Source: Ktedonobacterales bacterium
GTDB taxonomy: Bacteria; Chloroflexota; Ktedonobacteria; Ktedonobacterales; JADMIN01
Assembly: GCA_025935195.1 (NCBI GenBank)
Contig: JAICVS010000002.1
Span: 7,246-71,245 of the forward strand
Length of the DNA stretch: 64,000 nt
Direction of reading: 5' to 3'
In this document: positions 58,933-64,000 of the stretch, piece by piece
How positions within the stretch are numbered: the stretch's first letter is position 1
Layout of the letters: each line of letters starts with the position of its first letter
Made by a program: the position numbers and the translations under genes
Notes under the pieces: generated by a model
The model's input: the letters and a program-made list of their open reading frames with translations, nothing else
Database searches by the model: none
What the model was told of the DNA's origin: nothing

Positions 58933-60000
58933 CTACGGAGCACGCAGTTCACCACCGGCGGCGCGGCGCAGGCGATCCCAGAGCGCCAGGCCCAACCCCT
59001 CGCGGCCGAACGTGTGCGCCAGGATCAGGTCCAGCCGTCGCTCGTCCAGCTCACGCAAGGCAGCATAGAGCCGGCGCGAGATGGCGCCGAGGTCGGCCGA
59101 TGAGCCAAGCGCGGCGACGGTGACGGCCAGCCCAGCCAGAGCACCCGCTTCCTCGTCGGGCAGCAGCGCGCCCACGCGCTCACCCCGCGCCAGCGCCGCC
59201 ACCGCTTCGCGCCGTATCGCGTTGAGCGCTTTCCCGCCTTCCCCATCGAAGACGATCAGGCGCGTGCGCGGCGCGTAGTGGCGCTCCATCTGGCCCGGCG
59301 CACGCGCCACCGCCATTGAGTTCGCGGTCGCCTCAGTCGTCTCAACTGGACCGCGCACGTCGGAGATGATTGCGCGCAGCGCTTCGAGCGTCACGCCGCC
59401 GGGACGCAGGATACGCGGCGGATTCATCGTGAGATCGAGCACGGTGGATTCGACGCCGACCGCGCAGGGGCCGGCATCCAGCACGCAATCAATGCGGCCG
59501 TCCAAGTCGGCCAGCACGTGAGCCGCCATCGTGGGGCTGGTGCGCGTGAAGCGGTTGGCGCTCGGCGCCGCCACCGGCACGCCGGCCGCGCGGATGAGCG
59601 CGCGGGCGACCGCGTGGTCGGGCACGCGCACGCCCAGCGTCTCACCGCCCGCGGCCACTAACGCGGGAATGCGGTCGGCGCGCGGCAGCACGAGCGTGAG
59701 CGGGCCGGGCCAGAAGCGACGCGCCAGCTCCCACGCCACATCGGGAATATCGCGTACGACGGAAGGCAGCGCGTCGCGTTCGGCCACGTGTACGATCAGC
59801 GGATCGCTGTGCGGGCGCTGCTTCGCATGGAAGATGCCCTCGACGGCGGCGGGAGCGGTGGCGTCGGCGCCCAGCCCATAGACGGTTTCCGTGGGGAAGG
59901 CGACCAGTCCGCCGGCGCGCAGCAGGGCCGCCGCGCGCGCAATCGCGGCAGTTGGCGTCCCGTCGCGCGCCACCGGCAGCACTATCGTCCGCTCTGGCAT
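58933..60000 (-). CDS. sua5: Threonylcarbamoyl-AMP synthase Sua5/TsaC2
   Basis: PTETVYGL, K.RP..PLIVH, PGPLT, APSAN, EST, PGQMERHY. Confidence 0.95.
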   Translation of the reverse strand: MPERTIVLPVARDGTPTAAIARAAALLRAGGLVAFPTETVYGLGADATAPAAVEGIFHAKQRPHSDPLIVHVAERDALPSVVRDIPDVAWELARRFWPGPLTLVLPRADRIPALVAAGGETLGVRVPDHAVARALIRAAGVPVAAPSANRFTRTSPTMAAHVLADLDGRIDCVLDAGPCAVGVESTVLDLTMNPPRILRPGGVTLEALRAIISDVRGPVETTEATANSMAVARAPGQMERHYAPRTRLIVFDGEGGKALNAIRREAVAALARGERVGALLPDEEAGALAGLAVTVAALGSSADLGAISRRLYAALRELDERRLDLILAHTFGREGLGLALWDRLRRAAGGELRAP

Positions 60001-60267
60001 GGGCCATCCCCACCTTCTCGATCATTCTCGATCATTCTTGATGCGCTTCGCGTATCCGCTGGGCGCTGGTCGTTCGTTACAATCTGTACACCGCGTGAGG
60101 GCATTGTATGCCACCGGGCGCATCATCCAGTGCGGCGGCGCCTGGAGGTCTGTTGCCCAAACGGGCTGTGAGCGTTGCGGAATCCGGGGAGCCGGTGTAT
60201 TATGGGCGGCGTCTTCCGGTCGCCAGGGCGACATCAGGCGAGGGACGCATAGCGTCAGGTGGGGGGC

Positions 60268-62646
60268 ATGTTGTTGGCAAAGAAACTCCGTGTCGCGGCA
60301 GCCGGAGTTACTGACGTGGGCCGCCGGCGCGAGCGCAATCAGGATAACGTCACGCACCTGGTGCCTCCTGATGAGGATACGCTCGCGGCGAAGGGCGCGC
60401 TCTTCGTCGTGTGCGACGGCATGGGCGGCCACGCGGCGGGTGAGGTCGCATCCGAGCTGGGCGTCAAGGCCATCCGCGAGGAATATTTCGCGACCGACGA
60501 GACGGATATCATCAAGGCATTCGCGCACGCGATCAAGCAGGCGAATCAGGCGATCTTCTCGTACGCGCGCGAGCATGCCGAGATGACCGGCATGGGCACA
60601 ACCTGCGTCGCGCTGGTGCTGCACGGCGGCCGGGCGTACTTTGTGAACATCGGCGACAGCCGCGGGTACCTCATCCGCGATGGCAAGATGCGCCAGGTCA
60701 CGCTGGATCACTCGTGGGTGGCCGAGCAGACGCGCGCGGGGCTGCTGACGGAGGAGCAGGCGCGCACGCACGCGCATCGCAACGTGATCACGCGCAGCCT
60801 GGGCACCCAGGCGACGGTCAACGCCGATCTGTTTGTGGAGACGCTGCGCGAGGGCGACCGCGTGCTGCTGTGCTCCGACGGGTTGCATGGCTACGTGGAT
60901 GAGCGCGAGATCGAGCGTGAGATGCTCACGCACGCGGATCCTGAGATCGGCGCGCGCAACCTGATTGACATGGCGAACGCGGCCGGCGGCCCAGACAATA
61001 TCACGGCAATGATCGTTCACTTGCTCGAAGTGCCGGAGGCGGTCGGCCAGGTGACCATCCCGCTGGCCGGCGACGATCCCGAACAGACGATCACGCAGCC
61101 GCTGCCGGCGATCACGGCCAAGGCCGCCGCGGAGAAAGCGGGCGCGGCGCTGCCCGCGGCAGCGCGGGCGGACGCGGAGCGGAAGGCGCGACGGCGACAG
61201 GGCAATCGGGCCGCGCTGATCGCCATCCGCCTGCTGGCGGTCGCCGCGCTGGTGCTGCTCAGCATTGGCGTCTGGGATGTCGGCTTCGGCCCGTTCGCGG
61301 CGGCGCGCGCGGCGAACCAGCAGCTCCAGGCCGACCTGGATCACGCCCGCCAGGCGGCGGGTGGCGCGGCGCGGCGCGGCCCTGCTGACGCGCTGGCCGC
61401 GCTCGCGCAGAGCCAGCGCACGCTGCTCGCCGATCTGGATAACGACGCCGTGGACGATGCGAACCGGGCGAGCGCGCAGATCTATCTGAATACCACCCTC
61501 GCCGACGCCGTGCGGGACTCGATCAGCCGCTACAATGCCGCCGCGACCATCGCACCCATCTCGCTCAGTGCCATCACTACACACGATGTCGCGTGCGGAG
61601 CCGCGGGCACACCAGCGCTGGGAGCCCCTTCCCAGTTGGCGAGCATCACGCCGTCGGCCGTGGACGCGGGCACGCAGCCGGTATTTGCCGTGGCGGACGG
61701 GAAGCTGTACGAGCTTGCCGCGCCGACGGATGCCGCTGGTCGCCCCAGTTCGGGCTTGGCGAGCTGCGTCGTCGTTCCCATTCCTGATGCCACAACGGTG
61801 CTGGCAATCGCGGGCGACGGCGGCAAACTGTACGCGCTCACGCAGGGCGCGGGCACGACCTATACGGTGGCAATCATCCAGGAGATCGTGCCGCTCGCCG
61901 CGCCCACAACACCCCCGCAGCCCGGTGACACCCCCCCACCGCCGCCGCCAACTCCGCTCGGCACGACGCATCTGACCATCACCCAGCGCTTCACCGTTAC
62001 GACCACCCATGGCGAGACACCGAGCGGTGTCGCGGCGCAGGGTGGATCGATCTACGTCGCATTCAAAGGCGGCTCCGCGGGCGGCGCCGGTGTCTGGCTG
62101 TTCAGCGGCGATCCATCCAAAGGCCCAACGCAGACCGTCACGCTGGCGCAGCCGGCGGTGGCGCTGGCGGCGACCAACGGCACGCTGTATGCCATCCTCG
62201 CGGACGGCACGCTCGGCCAGCTCGACACGGCACGCAAATATCAGGCGCTGCAAGTGCCGGTGCAGGCGCCGCTCAGCCTGGGGAATCCCGCCAGCTACAC
62301 GCCGGCCAGCCCGGTGCCGACGGTGGCGCCGGCTGATGCCGGCACGTCGGCGGGGACAGGCGGACAGGGTACGGCATTCACTGGGAATGTGGCGCTGGCC
62401 GCTTCGCCGGCCTTCCCGACACACGTCTTCATCGGCGACAGCGCCAACAACCGCGTGGTACGGCTGACGGGCAGCAGCTCGGGGCCGGGGCTGGGGCTGG
62501 CGCGGCCGAATGGGCAGTATGTGTACGGCCCGCCGGTGGCTGGGGCGCGGCAGCTCACCATCGCCGCGGCGGGCGGCACGGCAGTCGCCTACGTGTGGGA
62601 GGCGCCGTATCTGGTGGCGTTCGCCCTGGATGAGCCGGCGAGTTAG
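60268..62646 (+). CDS. PP2C/Stp1-family protein phosphatase with TM helix and large extracytoplasmic domain
   Basis: DVGRRR.NQD, CDGMGG, NIGDSR, CSDGL, GGPDNIT; hydrophobic helix near aa 315-335. Confidence 0.9.
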   Translation: MLLAKKLRVAAAGVTDVGRRRERNQDNVTHLVPPDEDTLAAKGALFVVCDGMGGHAAGEVASELGVKAIREEYFATDETDIIKAFAHAIKQANQAIFSYAREHAEMTGMGTTCVALVLHGGRAYFVNIGDSRGYLIRDGKMRQVTLDHSWVAEQTRAGLLTEEQARTHAHRNVITRSLGTQATVNADLFVETLREGDRVLLCSDGLHGYVDEREIEREMLTHADPEIGARNLIDMANAAGGPDNITAMIVHLLEVPEAVGQVTIPLAGDDPEQTITQPLPAITAKAAAEKAGAALPAAARADAERKARRRQGNRAALIAIRLLAVAALVLLSIGVWDVGFGPFAAARAANQQLQADLDHARQAAGGAARRGPADALAALAQSQRTLLADLDNDAVDDANRASAQIYLNTTLADAVRDSISRYNAAATIAPISLSAITTHDVACGAAGTPALGAPSQLASITPSAVDAGTQPVFAVADGKLYELAAPTDAAGRPSSGLASCVVVPIPDATTVLAIAGDGGKLYALTQGAGTTYTVAIIQEIVPLAAPTTPPQPGDTPPPPPPTPLGTTHLTITQRFTVTTTHGETPSGVAAQGGSIYVAFKGGSAGGAGVWLFSGDPSKGPTQTVTLAQPAVALAATNGTLYAILADGTLGQLDTARKYQALQVPVQAPLSLGNPASYTPASPVPTVAPADAGTSAGTGGQGTAFTGNVALAASPAFPTHVFIGDSANNRVVRLTGSSSGPGLGLARPNGQYVYGPPVAGARQLTIAAAGGTAVAYVWEAPYLVAFALDEPAS

Positions 62647-62745
62647 GGCGATACAATCCGCATATCCCGCTTGGCGCCGGCCCATCGCGGCCGGCGTCGT
62701 CGCGTCCGCTCCCGCGCGGCAACACCATCCATGGAGGAGTTCATC

Positions 62746-63372
62746 ATGGCTCATACAAACGATGTGGCAGGCGCGGCGGCGCTCGCCGTCGGCATCCTGA
62801 TCTTCGACGACGTGGAGGTGCTGGACTTCTGCGGTCCGTTCGAGGTTTTCTCCGTGGCGGCGCGCATCGCGGAGGGTGAGCCGCCGGCCTTCACCGTCTT
62901 CACGGTGGCGGAGCGGGAGGGCCTGATCGCGGCGCGTGGCGGCCTGCGCGTGCGACCGGACTACACGCTCGCCGATCACCCGCCCATTGATCTGCTGGTG
63001 GTGCCGGGCGGATGGGGCACGCGGCGCGAGGTGAACAACGCGGCGCTGATCGCGTGGATCGCGCGGGTGGCCGCCGGCTCGCGGCTGACGACCTCGGTCT
63101 GCACCGGCGCGTTTCTGCTGGCGAAGGCGGGGCTGCTGGCGGGCCATGCGGCGACGACGCACTGGCAGAGCCTGGACCGGCTGGCGGCGTCGTATCCTGA
63201 CATCGCGGTGCGCCACGAGACACGCTGGGTGGACGAGGGCGCGGTGGTCACGTCGGCGGGCATCTCGGCCGGCATTGACATGAGCCTGCACGTCGTGGAG
63301 CGGCTGTTGGGTCGCGAGCGGGCGGAGGCGACGGCGCGGCATATGGAGTATGCCTGGCGGGATGCCAGCTAG
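62746..63372 (+). CDS. DJ-1/PfpI family protein
   Basis: EVLDFCGPFEV, VPGG, SVCTG, TSAGISAGID; GGAGGAG RBS. Confidence 0.92.
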   Translation: MAHTNDVAGAAALAVGILIFDDVEVLDFCGPFEVFSVAARIAEGEPPAFTVFTVAEREGLIAARGGLRVRPDYTLADHPPIDLLVVPGGWGTRREVNNAALIAWIARVAAGSRLTTSVCTGAFLLAKAGLLAGHAATTHWQSLDRLAASYPDIAVRHETRWVDEGAVVTSAGISAGIDMSLHVVERLLGRERAEATARHMEYAWRDAS

Positions 63373-63448
63373 CCGAAGGAAACAGACTGCCACATACCGC
63401 GAGCCAGCGAATGATACTCCTTTGGGCCGCGGTGGTGTCATTCGTCGG

Positions 63449-63696
63449 CTCCCCGGCATAAATGCCGGGGGTAATCCCGGTGTTGTTGGTCGCGGATACG
63501 CCAACGCCTCTGCCCAAAACGATATGATACACGCGAATGGCCGGCGTGGATCGCGGGCGGATGGCATGGGTGGCGTACAATGTCGGCTGGTGTGTCATAG
63601 CGCACCAGCTTTGTGTCATACCGCTTTGGTCTGGGGCGTTGGAGCATCCGCCGCTCGCGCCGGGCCGGAGATTATCCCCGGCATTCATGCCGGGAG
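63449..63696. repeat. Inverted pair of ~85-bp hairpin units (copies C and D)
   Basis: 63449-63532 and 63613-63696 are diverged reverse complements. Confidence 0.75.
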
Positions 63697-63815
63697 GGAA
63701 CGACCACCAACATGCTCGCCCACGTCAGGGTCACTGCGCGGCCGGGCGACGCTCCTCCATCCTCGCGCACTGGACCTACCATACCGCCATACACCATACA
63801 AGGAGAAACATCCGC

Positions 63816-64000
63816 GTGAGCGCATCTCACTCTCAACAACCGCTGACAGCGATCTCCCCATACGCGACGGCGTTGCGCACGGCGACCTGCGGCGAGCTGA
63901 CCGCCGCCGATGTCGGCCGTACGGTGATCCTGACCGGCTGGGTGGCGCACCGGCGCGACTACGGCAAGCTGATCTTCATCGATCTGCGCGACCGCTATGG
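63816..64000 (+). CDS. aspS: Aspartate--tRNA ligase, 5' part (truncated by window)
   Basis: RTATCGEL...[23 protein letters not shown]; AAGGAG RBS. Confidence 0.9.
   Translation, partial: MSASHSQQPLTAISPYATALRTATCGELTAADVGRTVILTGWVAHRRDYGKLIFIDLRDRY

Noticed and set aside
60022-63567. 1181-aa minus-strand ORF
   Set aside because: Arg-rich shadow of the PP2C and DJ-1 genes
63700-63815. T-box leader upstream of aspS
   Set aside because: No AAGGTGGTACCGCG-like T-box sequence or terminator is visible

Overview
High-GC bacterial chromosome segment. Gene content and style suggest Chloroflexota, probably Ktedonobacteria; this is inference from protein families and Gram-positive-type LexA boxes, not a search result. 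Mostly housekeeping and accessory genes: murF, comB-like, chdC/hemQ, hom, an RpoD-like sigma factor, mnmG, a class A PBP, lexA, yitJ-like, holB, rlmI-like, an ArsA-family ATPase, sua5 and the start of aspS. Signalling genes include a Ser/Thr kinase, a membrane PP2C and a two-component pair. A stress/copper cluster spans 19.8-28.2 kb. There is one apparently intact IS200/IS605 element (tnpA+tnpB, 30195-31945); its ends fit the TnpA guide-pairing rule and predict a TGAC TAM. The least explained signal is non-coding, with at least five families of dispersed intergenic repeats. One is a ~200-bp element with co-varying terminal inverted repeats (14856-15052 and, inverted, 49295-49512). Another is an ~85-bp unit ending in an IS605-right-end-like hairpin. 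Three repeat families are stacked in a 1.5-kb gene-free gap (14563-16128) behind an orphan sigma70 promoter with a palindromic operator. No tRNA, rRNA or CRISPR array was recognised. Start codons were chosen by eye.
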